DNA from: Gammaproteobacteria bacterium
Lineage (GTDB): Bacteria > Pseudomonadota > Gammaproteobacteria > Eutrophobiales > Eutrophobiaceae
Assembly: GCA_041984885.1 (NCBI GenBank)
Contig: JBHIXH010000003.1
Coordinates: 30,823-94,822 of the forward strand
Direction: 5' to 3'
Length of the DNA stretch: 64,000 bases
Shown here: positions 31,062 to 38,426 of the stretch, piece after piece
How positions within the stretch are numbered: the stretch's first letter is position 1
Layout: each line of letters begins with the position of its first letter
Program-made: the position numbers and the translations under genes
The notes under the pieces: generated by a model
The model's database searches: none
The model's input: only the letters and a program-made list of their open reading frames with translations
Told to the model about the DNA's origin: nothing

Positions 31062-31916
31062 ATGCGACAACGATTCCTGGTCAGCCTTGCACTGTTTGTC
31101 CTGGTCGCTGCGGCGATCGCGTTCCTGTTACTGACCGAAGCAGAAACGGAGACCGAAACCGAGACGCTGATCAGTGATCTGGATAAAGACACGATCAGCA
31201 CAATAACCATTCAGCATAAAGATAACGAATCCATCGTTTTTCAACGTGATGATTCGCACTGGTTGATGCAGTCACCGTTTACGGTCGCCGCCAAAACAGA
31301 ACGCATTGACGCCTTGCTGAACCTGTTGTCTTCCGGCAGTGCGGCGCAACTGGATGTGAACACGACTGACCTGCAGCGACTGTTGCTGGCGGAACCGGAA
31401 GTAAGTGTGCAGTTCGACGAACACCTTTTCCAGTTTGGTGATATTAACCCGCTGGATAAAAAACGTTATGTCCTGTTCAACGACACCGTGCACCTCGTTC
31501 ATGACAACCTGTATCCTCAGCTCACGGTCGGGCCCACATTCTTTATCGATCACAACCTGTTTCGCCCCGATGAAAAAATTATCAGCGTGCAATATCCGCA
31601 ATTTCGGTTATTAAATGAACAGGATCAATGGCGTCTTGAATCGGAGCTGAATGTCGATGATGAACAGGTGCAGTTGCTTGGCCGTACCTGGGCCACGTTA
31701 AATGCGAACACGGTACAGCAATACGAACCGCTGGAGCCGCTGTACGAATTACACGTCACGCTGACAGACGGCAGGGCGATCACGTTTGCCGTGATCTCCG
31801 ATCTGCCGGAGCTCGTACTGGCACGGGCGGATCTTGGTCTGCAATATCACATACCGGCCTACCTGTCGGAAAAACTGTTCCCGCGCGAGTCGGCCGAGGA
31901 AAGCGTCAGCGAATAA
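31062..31916 (+). CDS. DUF4340-like protein
   Basis: 284 aa with an N-terminal TM anchor. Usual fourth gene of GldA/F/G-like operons. Contains a short (ET)x4 run. Confidence 0.55.
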   Translation: MRQRFLVSLALFVLVAAAIAFLLLTEAETETETETLISDLDKDTISTITIQHKDNESIVFQRDDSHWLMQSPFTVAAKTERIDALLNLLSSGSAAQLDVNTTDLQRLLLAEPEVSVQFDEHLFQFGDINPLDKKRYVLFNDTVHLVHDNLYPQLTVGPTFFIDHNLFRPDEKIISVQYPQFRLLNEQDQWRLESELNVDDEQVQLLGRTWATLNANTVQQYEPLEPLYELHVTLTDGRAITFAVISDLPELVLARADLGLQYHIPAYLSEKLFPRESAEESVSE

Positions 31917-32731
31917 TGCCGGAGCTGCCGGAAGTCGAAACAACGCGCCGTGGCATCGCACCGTACATAAAAGGGCAAACCGTCTCTGAACTCCTCGTTC
32001 GCAACCGGCAACTACGCTGGCCGATTCCGCGACAATTAAACAAAACGTTAACCGGACGAACCATCCATGCCATCGAGCGGCGCGGAAAATATATCCTGTT
32101 TTATACCAGCCAGGGTTGCCTGCTGTTGCATCTCGGCATGTCCGGCAGTCTGCGCATATTAAAAGAGCCGCAAGCGCCGAACAAACACGACCACGTGGAT
32201 ATCCGGTTCAACAGCGGGGTTTGCTTGCGGTTTACCGATCCTCGACGCTTCGGCTCAATACACTGGACTTCGCACGATCCATTGCAACATGCCCTGTTAA
32301 AAGACCTGGGACCGGAACCGCTCGGCAAGGACTTCAATGCCGACTACCTGTTCATCGTGTCACGCAAACGCATACAATCGATCAAGACGTTCATCATGAA
32401 CAGTCATATCGTTGTCGGTGTCGGTAACATCTATGCCAACGAGGCGCTGTTTGCCGCGCGCATCCATCCCCTGCGCAGGGCCGGCAAGTTGAGCAAACGT
32501 GAATGCAACGAACTATGCAAAGAAATTAAAACCGTACTGACATTGGCCATTGAAAAGGGCGGCACGACATTACGCGACTTTGTTGATGGCGACGGCAAGC
32601 CCGGATACTTTCGTCATGAGTTACAGGTTTATGACAAGGCCGGCGATCCGTGCCCGGTTTGCAACAAACCGATCACGCTTAAACGGATTGGTCAACGCTC
32701 AAGTTTTTATTGCACTCGCTGCCAATCCTGA
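31916..32731 (+). CDS. mutM: formamidopyrimidine-DNA glycosylase
   Basis: N-terminus MPELPEVETTRRGI and C-terminal zinc finger CPVC...CTRCQ. The start overlaps the preceding stop (TAATG). Confidence 0.95.
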   Translation: MPELPEVETTRRGIAPYIKGQTVSELLVRNRQLRWPIPRQLNKTLTGRTIHAIERRGKYILFYTSQGCLLLHLGMSGSLRILKEPQAPNKHDHVDIRFNSGVCLRFTDPRRFGSIHWTSHDPLQHALLKDLGPEPLGKDFNADYLFIVSRKRIQSIKTFIMNSHIVVGVGNIYANEALFAARIHPLRRAGKLSKRECNELCKEIKTVLTLAIEKGGTTLRDFVDGDGKPGYFRHELQVYDKAGDPCPVCNKPITLKRIGQRSSFYCTRCQS

Positions 32732-32732
32732 A

Positions 32733-32957
32733 TTAAAGATTGTCGAGCGGACTTTTCACACCATTGCCACCCTTGTTTAGCACATGGGTATACACCATTT
32801 CTTCACCTGCTATATCTTTCGGGTGACGTTTGTTATGAAAAATAATATAGCGGCGTATCCACTGAGTATAAGATTGCTCTGTTTTTCTTGAGTAATGCAA
32901 AAACCGGATCTTGTTCCAGATTTGATCGAGTAATTTAGGCATGGAATCCTGACTCAT
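32733..32957 (-). pseudogene. intI: integron integrase (IntI) remnant with a large internal deletion
   Basis: The 74-aa ORF joins an IntI-like N-terminus (KLLDQIWNKIRFLHYSRKTEQSYTQWIRRYIIFHNKRHPKDIAGEE) directly to the extreme IntI C-terminus (MVYTHVLNKGGNGVKSPLDNL, including the catalytic-Tyr box). About 250 aa of catalytic core are missing. Confidence 0.8.
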
Positions 32958-33219
32958 TTTGCCCCTCCCTGGAAATACCCTCCTAAAATGTCCGCTAAAA
33001 GTATTTTAACGATCTCTCTAAGCTATTGAATATAAATTAATAAAGCAAGCCTTATAGATCGCTAAAATATAGGGGAATATTGAAACCATGGATATAAAAT
33101 AAGCAAAGTGGACACCGCCGCTATAGACGGTCTAGAATAAAATCACTGCATATCTAATTGAAACAGGGAGGTTTTTCACAATGTCCACTCTCTACTCTCT
33201 ATAATGCCTTAGCGGACTA

Positions 33220-33244
33220 ACTGTCCCTTAAAATATAGTTAGGT
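33220..33244 (+). other. attI-like recombination site (core GTTAGGT at 33238..33244)
   Basis: ACTGTCCCTTAAAATATAGTTAGGT. It is about 280 bp from the intI start, divergent orientation. From memory it resembles class 1 attI1, ...GCCCTAAAACAAAGTT.... Confidence 0.55.
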
Positions 33245-33269
33245 TACCAAGTCCCCAAGGATTCTAGAT

Positions 33270-33965
33270 ATGCATCAAGATGAAATAAAGTCTCTTTTTG
33301 ATAAACAAGCAGCAAACTACGACGCGCAGTGGGCTAAAACAGCGTCGATACGAAACTGCCTACATTTGCTCCTCGGGTCGATGTTCGCTGAGCTACCTCA
33401 AGATGCAAATATACTTTGAGTCGGGGTGGGTACAGGCGACGAACTAATCTATCTTGCGTCTCGCAATCCTGAGTGGAGATTTACTGCAGTAGAGCCATCT
33501 GGACAAATGCTTGATATCTGTCGCAGGCGGACGCAAGAAGAAGGTATTGAATCTCGTTGCTTTTTTCACGAAGGTTATTTGGATTCACTTCCAGAAATCG
33601 AAGATTATGATGCTGCTACTTGCTTCTTGGTATCACAGTTTATCCTAGAATTTGATGATCGTTCTAAGTTCTTCAGGGAAATTGCGAAAAGACTCAAAGC
33701 GAATGGCGTTCTTGCAAGCTCAGATCTTGCATCAGATATTGAATCACTGGAGTATGAGGTAGTGCTACGTGGCTGGATGAATATGATGAGTGCGGCGGAT
33801 ATTACATCGGAGACGTTAGAACGTATGAGAAAAACTTATGCTACCGATGTTGGAGTTTTACCTTCAACCAGTATTGAATCAATTATTAAATCTGGAGGTT
33901 TTGATTTACCTGTCCAGTTCTTTCAGGCAGGGCTAATTCATGCTTGGCTGTCAAAGCGAGCGTGA
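33270..33965 (+). pseudogene. cassette 1: class I SAM-dependent methyltransferase interrupted by an in-frame TGA at 33417..33419
   Basis: The ATG at 33270 is in frame with ORF 33426..33965. The translation reads MHQDEIKSLFDKQAANYDAQW...PQDANIL*VGVGTGDE. The stop therefore sits inside SAM-binding motif I (ILxVGxGTG). Confidence 0.75.
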
Positions 33966-33972
33966 AATTACC

Positions 33973-34020
33973 ACCTAACTAGGCAATGCACGCGACAAGC
34001 GCGTGATTGCAGCGTTAGGT
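33973..34020 (+). repeat. attC site 1
   Basis: ACCTAAC...GTTAGGT are perfectly complementary RYYYAAC/GTTRRRY boxes. Internal dyad GCAATGCACGCG/CGCGTGATTGC. Starts 8 nt after the cassette 1 stop. Confidence 0.85.
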
Positions 34021-34035
34021 ATCGTTAATGAAAAA

Positions 34036-34575
34036 ATGAAGCATCTGACAAAACTAATTTTAACGTTATATTTGGCAATCCTCTACGGCTGCACTATCAG
34101 CATAGGCAATACAAGTTTAAAGGGTAAAATTTTTGATGAAGCTAATGTTCAAGTTTTATCTAAAAATATCAGCATAAACGGCGAAGACATCCTGGCAGGG
34201 AAAGAAATCTCATATAAAGCTGGAGAGATAGTAATTGATTATAAAGGCGAATTGCTTCGCAAAAAATTAATAGCAACGGACAATACAAAAACTAACAATA
34301 ATATTATGTCCGATCTAGGGTGCTTTTTATTACTACCTATATGTATGTTAACTGCTGCTGCATCCGGGGTTTCATCTGAACCAATATATGAATTCATCCC
34401 CTCTTATTGTGATGCTAGATTGACTGTGCAAATTGAGGCAGGTCATAAATATATTATAAAAACCAATGAAAAAACTACAGATTACCCAATTTTATCTATT
34501 GACCGTAAATCTTCGCCGTCTTTTACAATTTCAGAAGAAATTATGTCTTGCAAAGATTTAGATAATACAACATGA
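34036..34575 (+). CDS. cassette 2: hypothetical lipoprotein
   Basis: Start at MKHLTKLILTLYLAILYGC (lipobox LYGC). No recognisable domain. The ORF track starts at 34003, inside attC 1. Confidence 0.6.
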   Translation: MKHLTKLILTLYLAILYGCTISIGNTSLKGKIFDEANVQVLSKNISINGEDILAGKEISYKAGEIVIDYKGELLRKKLIATDNTKTNNNIMSDLGCFLLLPICMLTAAASGVSSEPIYEFIPSYCDARLTVQIEAGHKYIIKTNEKTTDYPILSIDRKSSPSFTISEEIMSCKDLDNTT

Positions 34576-34588
34576 CATCATTAATGAT

Positions 34589-34655
34589 ATCTAACCAATC
34601 ACTCCACACGGACTGCTCGCCTGCGGCTCGCCGCCCGTGAGTTCAGCCGTTAGAT
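34589..34655 (+). repeat. attC site 2
   Basis: ATCTAAC...GTTAGAT are perfectly complementary core boxes. 67 bp, GC-rich imperfect dyad interior. Confidence 0.85.
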
Positions 34656-34671
34656 GCCTAAAAGGATCAAT

Positions 34672-35103
34672 ATGAAATCTGTCAAAACATATCTATTTTC
34701 GTTATCAATACTAATACTGTCTGCTTGCACAACAGATAGATCACCCAGCCAGATCTATGAGGAATACAACTCAAAAGTAATACAGGGAATAGACTTTTAT
34801 GAGGAGAAGGCTTATTTCACGAAACGCAAGCAAGAGGAAGTGGAGTCAAAAATGCCTCAGTACATGGAGTCAATGAATAAAACTCGCGACGAGGTCATAT
34901 TATTTTACCTGGAATTCTCCAGGGAATTAGCCAAATGCAAAGAAATTGCACTTATAAAGGAAGAAATTACCGGAAATACAGCCAAGCTTGAATACTCGCA
35001 AAACGATATTTGCGGGAATGAATCATCATCACAGGAAAAGCAATCTATTCGAATGATTAATGAAAATGGCTGGAAGATTGATGATGTTGTGGTCAGCATC
35101 TAA
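34672..35103 (+). CDS. cassette 3: hypothetical lipoprotein
   Basis: Start at MKSVKTYLFSLSILILSAC (lipobox LSAC) with an AAAGGA RBS. No recognisable domain. Confidence 0.6.
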   Translation: MKSVKTYLFSLSILILSACTTDRSPSQIYEEYNSKVIQGIDFYEEKAYFTKRKQEEVESKMPQYMESMNKTRDEVILFYLEFSRELAKCKEIALIKEEITGNTAKLEYSQNDICGNESSSQEKQSIRMINENGWKIDDVVVSI

Positions 35104-35169
35104 CAAGGCGCTGAAGACTGACAACTCTAAGGCTACGCCTTAGAGATGCGGCTGAGCGCAGCGTTTGGC
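35098..35169 (+). repeat. attC site 3 (degenerate right core)
   Basis: ATCTAAC overlaps the stop codon. Central perfect hairpin CTCTAAGGC-tac-GCCTTAGAG. The right end is GTTTGGC: it keeps GTT but deviates from GTTRRRY. Confidence 0.55.
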
Positions 35170-35175
35170 ACCCGT

Positions 35176-35574
35176 ATGACATATCCAGGTTCTTGTCTTT
35201 GTGGTGATGTCACCTTTGAAGTCGAAGGTGAGTTTCAACACTTCTTTCTTTGCCACTGCAAGCACTGTCAGAAAGATACAGGTTCAGCTCATGCAGCAAA
35301 TCTTTTTTCTAGTGCTGCTGTAATACGCTGGGTATCTGGCGAAAACAATATATCAATATATAACCTTCCCTCAACCCGGCATCAAAAAAGTTTTTGTTCT
35401 AACTGTGGTTCGGCGCTTCCCTACATGCAGTCAAACAAAACATTAGTCGTGCCAGCTGGTAGCCTTGATTGCGACGTCCCGATATCACCCAAAGCTCATA
35501 TTTTTACAGACAGCAAAGCAAACTGGAGCCGAGATCTTGAGGAAGTGACCTCTTTTGCAAAACTTCCCGAGTAA
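35176..35574 (+). CDS. cassette 4: GFA (glutathione-dependent formaldehyde-activating / CENP-V) family protein
   Basis: Start at MTYPGSCLCGDVTFEV. Cys pattern CLCG...CHCKHCQK...CSNCG is typical of the GFA zinc fold. Confidence 0.75.
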   Translation: MTYPGSCLCGDVTFEVEGEFQHFFLCHCKHCQKDTGSAHAANLFSSAAVIRWVSGENNISIYNLPSTRHQKSFCSNCGSALPYMQSNKTLVVPAGSLDCDVPISPKAHIFTDSKANWSRDLEEVTSFAKLPE

Positions 35575-35597
35575 GTTATGAACCACCTCACACAGAC

Positions 35598-35672
35598 ACC
35601 TAACAATTCGTTCAAGTTCGCCTTCGGCAGGATGGTCGCTTATGCGCCCGCCCCTTAGCTCAGGCGTTATGT
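35598..35672 (+). repeat. attC site 4
   Basis: ACCTAACAATTCGTTCAAG...CTTAGCTCAGGCGTTATGT, a VCR-like layout. The right core GTTATGT has one mismatch to GTTRRRY. Confidence 0.7.
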
Positions 35673-35712
35673 GGCAATAACTCATAGGGCACTACGCTTA
35701 CAGGATATTTTG

Positions 35713-36000
35713 ATGGCTGACACAGAAGTTAATATTGCAAAATGCATGTGTGAGAATTGCGGATGTGAATTTGAATTTACCAGAGAAAACGCCGAGAAAT
35801 TGGATGGATCTACAATTACATGTCATTGCGGTTATTCTTTTCAGCCATTTTTTGTACGAGAACTTTATCAGTTTGATGACATCAATTTTCCCGATCAATG
35901 TTATGAAGGAGACGAGCGTAAAAACAAGGCAATAAAAGTTCAATTGGCAGACGGAAGCATAATCACTGTAGGGCTTAGGCCATGGTGGAAGTTTTGGTAA
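35713..36000 (+). CDS. cassette 5: hypothetical Cys-rich small protein (95 aa)
   Basis: Start at MADTEVNIAKCMCENCGCEFEF...ITCHCGY (zinc-ribbon-like Cys/His pattern). No attC is recognisable downstream. Confidence 0.5.
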   Translation: MADTEVNIAKCMCENCGCEFEFTRENAEKLDGSTITCHCGYSFQPFFVRELYQFDDINFPDQCYEGDERKNKAIKVQLADGSIITVGLRPWWKFW

Positions 36001-36094
36001 ATTATTTTTTTAATTTATAGCTAGTAATAGAGAATCAAGGGTATCAAACTTATTACTTCCGCTATTAAAAGCAGGCATTTCGTGAATTATCAAA

Positions 36095-36123
36095 TTGACA
36101 CAATAAAACACATTACTGGTAAT
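36095..36123 (+). promoter_or_regulatory. possible sigma-70 promoter for the GNAT gene
   Basis: TTGACA, a 17-nt spacer, then GGTAAT, in an AT-rich 158-bp spacer. Confidence 0.3.
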
Positions 36124-36158
36124 TCGTATGGGATCGCTGATGTAACCCCACCTTTCTA

Positions 36159-36611
36159 TTGTCAGGTTTTATCCGGCGTATTAGCTTGATCATTCGCGAA
36201 ATGGCGCCGTCAGATGTAAACCAGCTTCAGGAGGTTTACTATCAAACCCGATCGAAAGAATTTCATTGGTTGCGTGAAAATGCAATCAGTCGAGATGACT
36301 TTGAACAAGACACGGAAGGCGAAAGGATCTGGGTTGCCGAACGCAACAGGAAAGTGCTTGGTTTTATCTCTGCCTGGCAACAAGAGAATTTCATCCACCA
36401 TTTATTTGTTCTGCCTGAACATTTCAATCAAGGCATCGGGTCACGGTTACTCTCGGTTTGCTTGCAGAACATCGGGCGCCCTGCCACACTCAAATGCGTT
36501 TCTGAAAATACCCGGGCGTTACAGTTTTATAAGAGTAAAGGCTGGCAAACGGTATCCGTTGCATCAGGCGCCGAGGGTGAATATCAACTTATGCAAGTGA
36601 ATGAAACGTAA
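36159..36611 (+). CDS. GNAT family N-acetyltransferase
   Basis: 150 aa. Motif A HHLFVLPEHFNQGIGSRLL and C-terminal NTRALQFYKSKGW. The TTG start is uncertain. Confidence 0.8.
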   Translation: MSGFIRRISLIIREMAPSDVNQLQEVYYQTRSKEFHWLRENAISRDDFEQDTEGERIWVAERNRKVLGFISAWQQENFIHHLFVLPEHFNQGIGSRLLSVCLQNIGRPATLKCVSENTRALQFYKSKGWQTVSVASGAEGEYQLMQVNET

Positions 36612-36620
36612 TCAATTCCT

Positions 36621-36983
36621 GTGAACTCCCGCGTGCTAGGCATGCACGAGTTAGCCGATTTCTCAAAAGCCTATCTTTCTGCCATGACCAGATTATGTAT
36701 TTCAAGCATGGCAAGCTGGACAGAAGACTTCTACAAAAAGCACGGTCTGCAAATTGTGAAACTGGTCAGCTACTTTCCCCGGGGTATGTCATTTCATACG
36801 ATAATCTACGACGTCTGTTCGGCCAATTCCTTGGAGCACTTGAGGCTGTTTAATAACAGGGGTGAAGCCGTTCGTTGGCTTAATGAGGAGGACGAAGCCC
36901 GGTTCGCGCTCGAGACATTTAATGGAAACCGGGAACGCAGCGCCTGCCGAAGGCATCCAATGTCACAGTATCCGCAGAGATGA
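36621..36983 (+). CDS. hypothetical protein (120 aa); its C-terminus carries the ALETFNGNR repeat copy 1
   Basis: GTG-start ORF 9 nt after the GNAT stop and 11 nt before the ECF sigma start. No confident domain assignment. Confidence 0.45.
   Translation: MNSRVLGMHELADFSKAYLSAMTRLCISSMASWTEDFYKKHGLQIVKLVSYFPRGMSFHTIIYDVCSANSLEHLRLFNNRGEAVRWLNEEDEARFALETFNGNRERSACRRHPMSQYPQR
36906..36932 (+). repeat. 27-nt direct repeat, copy 1 (encodes ALETFNGNR)
   Basis: GCGCTCGAGACATTTAATGGAAACCGG versus copy 2 GCACTCGAGACATTTAATGGCAATCGA. 23 of 27 positions are identical, with a 17-nt perfect core. Confidence 0.8.
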
Positions 36984-36994
36984 GTGCATAACCG

Positions 36995-37711
36995 ATGTTG
37001 AACCCAGACGAATTGACCATTGACGCAACCAGCGATGCCGAGTTGGCCCAACGAATGGCTGCTGGTGACACCGTCACCCTGGAACGGGTTATGCGCTGCT
37101 ACAATCAATTACTGTATCGCGCCGCACGCAGCATCCTAAAGAACGAACAGGAGGCGGAAGAGGCGGTGCAAGACGCCTATCTGAAAGGCTATCGCAACAT
37201 CGGTCAGTTTCAGGGCTACGCCAAACTGTCCACCTGGCTGACCCGGATCGTCATCAATGAAGCGCTGGTACGCCAGCGCAAACATCAACGCCGAGCAGCG
37301 ATCATCCCCATCGACGCAGATGCCGCTGTGGATTCACCCACTGCCGAGGATGCCCCTATGCCAAACGCGACCTCAGCCAGCCCGGAACAGGACGCCCAGC
37401 GCGCTGAAGTCCGTCGTCTGATAGAACGAAATATCGACAAATTACCCGATGCGTTTCGTTGCGTATTTGTCCTGCGGGCGCTCGAAGAAATGACCGTTGA
37501 AGAAACTGCAAACTGCCTGGACATAGCGGAAGCCACTGTGCGATCCCGTTATTTCCGTGCCCGGGGCCTGCTACGCGAAGCCATTGCGCGTGAAATTGAC
37601 CTGAAGCAGGAAGATGCCTTCAGTTTTGCCGGCACGCGCTGCGATCGCATAGTCGCCGGCGTACTGGCGCGACTGGCGGGCGAGGACAACGACGCCCCGG
37701 CCGGGCCATGA
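36995..37711 (+). CDS. ECF-type RNA polymerase sigma-70 family factor with C-terminal extension
   Basis: 238 aa. Region 2 (AVQDAYLKGYRNIGQF...STWLTRIVINEAL) and region 4 (FVLRALEEMTVEETANCLDIAEATVRSRYFRARGLL), followed by about 50 extra residues including FSFAGTRCDRIVAGVLARL. Confidence 0.85.
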   Translation: MLNPDELTIDATSDAELAQRMAAGDTVTLERVMRCYNQLLYRAARSILKNEQEAEEAVQDAYLKGYRNIGQFQGYAKLSTWLTRIVINEALVRQRKHQRRAAIIPIDADAAVDSPTAEDAPMPNATSASPEQDAQRAEVRRLIERNIDKLPDAFRCVFVLRALEEMTVEETANCLDIAEATVRSRYFRARGLLREAIAREIDLKQEDAFSFAGTRCDRIVAGVLARLAGEDNDAPAGP

Positions 37712-37802
37712 ATCCGGAAACGCAGGGACGGCTGCGGTATCCGATCAGATAGAGCCCAAGCCAAGGCGACTGACGCAAGATCAATCACAAGTGGTATCAC
37801 CC

Positions 37803-38105
37803 ATGCACAAATTCATAGCCTTTGCCGGATTATTGACCCTGGCATTCACCGCTCAAGCGGCCGACCTGAATGCGGGCAGGCAGAAAGCGGCCCGCTGCGC
37901 CGGTTGCCATGGTAGCGCAGGCATCAGCAATAACCCGGCTTTGCCCAACCTGGCAGGACAAAAAGAACAGTACCTGCAAATACAGCTACGCGCATTTCGG
38001 GACGGCTCACGCAGTAACCCGATGATGAATGGCATGGCCCAATCCTTGACCGATGCGGACATTGAAAATCTCGCTGCGCACTTTGCCCGTCTAAAGCACG
38101 AATAG
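37803..38105 (+). CDS. class I c-type cytochrome (monoheme, periplasmic)
   Basis: Signal peptide FAGLLTLAFTAQA, heme motif CAGCHG, distal Met region NPMMNGMA. An alternative GTG start lies at 37791. Confidence 0.85.
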   Translation: MHKFIAFAGLLTLAFTAQAADLNAGRQKAARCAGCHGSAGISNNPALPNLAGQKEQYLQIQLRAFRDGSRSNPMMNGMAQSLTDADIENLAAHFARLKHE

Positions 38106-38110
38106 TGTCC

Positions 38111-38420
38111 ATGCCCGGGGTTGCAGGCCCGGCGATCACCACCACACCCTATGACCAAGGCGGGGCGACCTTATACGCCTCGGGTGGAGTGATCGGCATC
38201 CGTCAACTTGTCGATCACTATTACGACATCATGGCATCCGCACCGGCCTAAAGACGCAGGTACCGCTAGCACTCTCCCGGCGGCGATGCGGCGCGCGACG
38301 AACTGGCGCGCTTTCTCTTCAGCTGAACCCTTGCGGGAACGTGACTGGCGCTCGTGTCATCTCATTGTCAGAGCGTTGCTCTGCATTGAGATACCACCGT
38401 TTATTCAACCCCTCAGGAGG
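38111..38420 (+). pseudogene. group 2 truncated hemoglobin remnant
   Basis: The frame from ATG 38111 reads MPGVAGPAITTTPYDQGGATLYASGGVIGIRQLVDHYYDIMASAPA*. The same frame continues RRRYR*HSPGGDAARDELARFLFS*. These resemble the trHb N-terminus (LYxxLGGxxxIxxLVDxFYxxM) and the MHPxDL...R-x-K/E-L-x-x-FL segment. There are at least 3 in-frame stops and too little room for a full globin. Confidence 0.45.
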
Positions 38421-38426
38421 GACACC

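Larger units (their letters stand above)
32733..35672. mobile_element. decayed chromosomal integron: intI remnant, attI-like site and attC-bounded cassette array (minimum extent)
   Basis: See the component features. There is a divergent intI fragment, a GTTAGGT attI core at 33238, and four sites with complementary RYYYAAC/GTTRRRY ends following co-oriented small + strand ORFs. The DNA is visibly AT-richer than its flanks. Confidence 0.8.

Noticed and set aside
31143-31166. A hexanucleotide-like repeat GAAACG GAGACC GAAACC GAGACG encoding (Glu-Thr)x4 in the DUF4340 gene.
   Set aside because: It is a short, imperfect, in-frame low-complexity linker just after the TM anchor. There is no evidence of phase-variable slippage, because the units differ at wobble positions.
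32989-33216. A 9-bp inverted repeat GTCCGCTAA (32989) / TTAGCGGAC (33208) spanning the intI-attI spacer.
   Set aside because: The arms are about 210 bp apart and only 9 bp long, which is compatible with chance. They might relate to IntI accessory binding sites, but I cannot support that from the sequence alone.
33417-33419. The in-frame TGA in the methyltransferase cassette read as selenocysteine.
   Set aside because: The position is a SAM-binding loop residue, not a redox site. I saw no convincing SECIS-like hairpin immediately downstream, and no selenoprotein context. A nonsense mutation or sequencing error is far more likely.
36612-36660. A possible attC between the GNAT gene and ORF 36621 (GTGC-tagg-catGCAC dyad, GTTAGCC).
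   Set aside because: There is no matching inverse core, the dyad is weak, and the gap between the genes is only 9 nt.
38208-38426. The N-terminal 73 codons of the track ORF 38208..39113, which would give a 301-aa protein.
   Set aside because: This part reads through the globin remnant in a different frame and has no RBS. A strong AGGAGG RBS plus ATG at 38427 starts a sensible signal peptide/lipobox, so the upstream extension is spurious.
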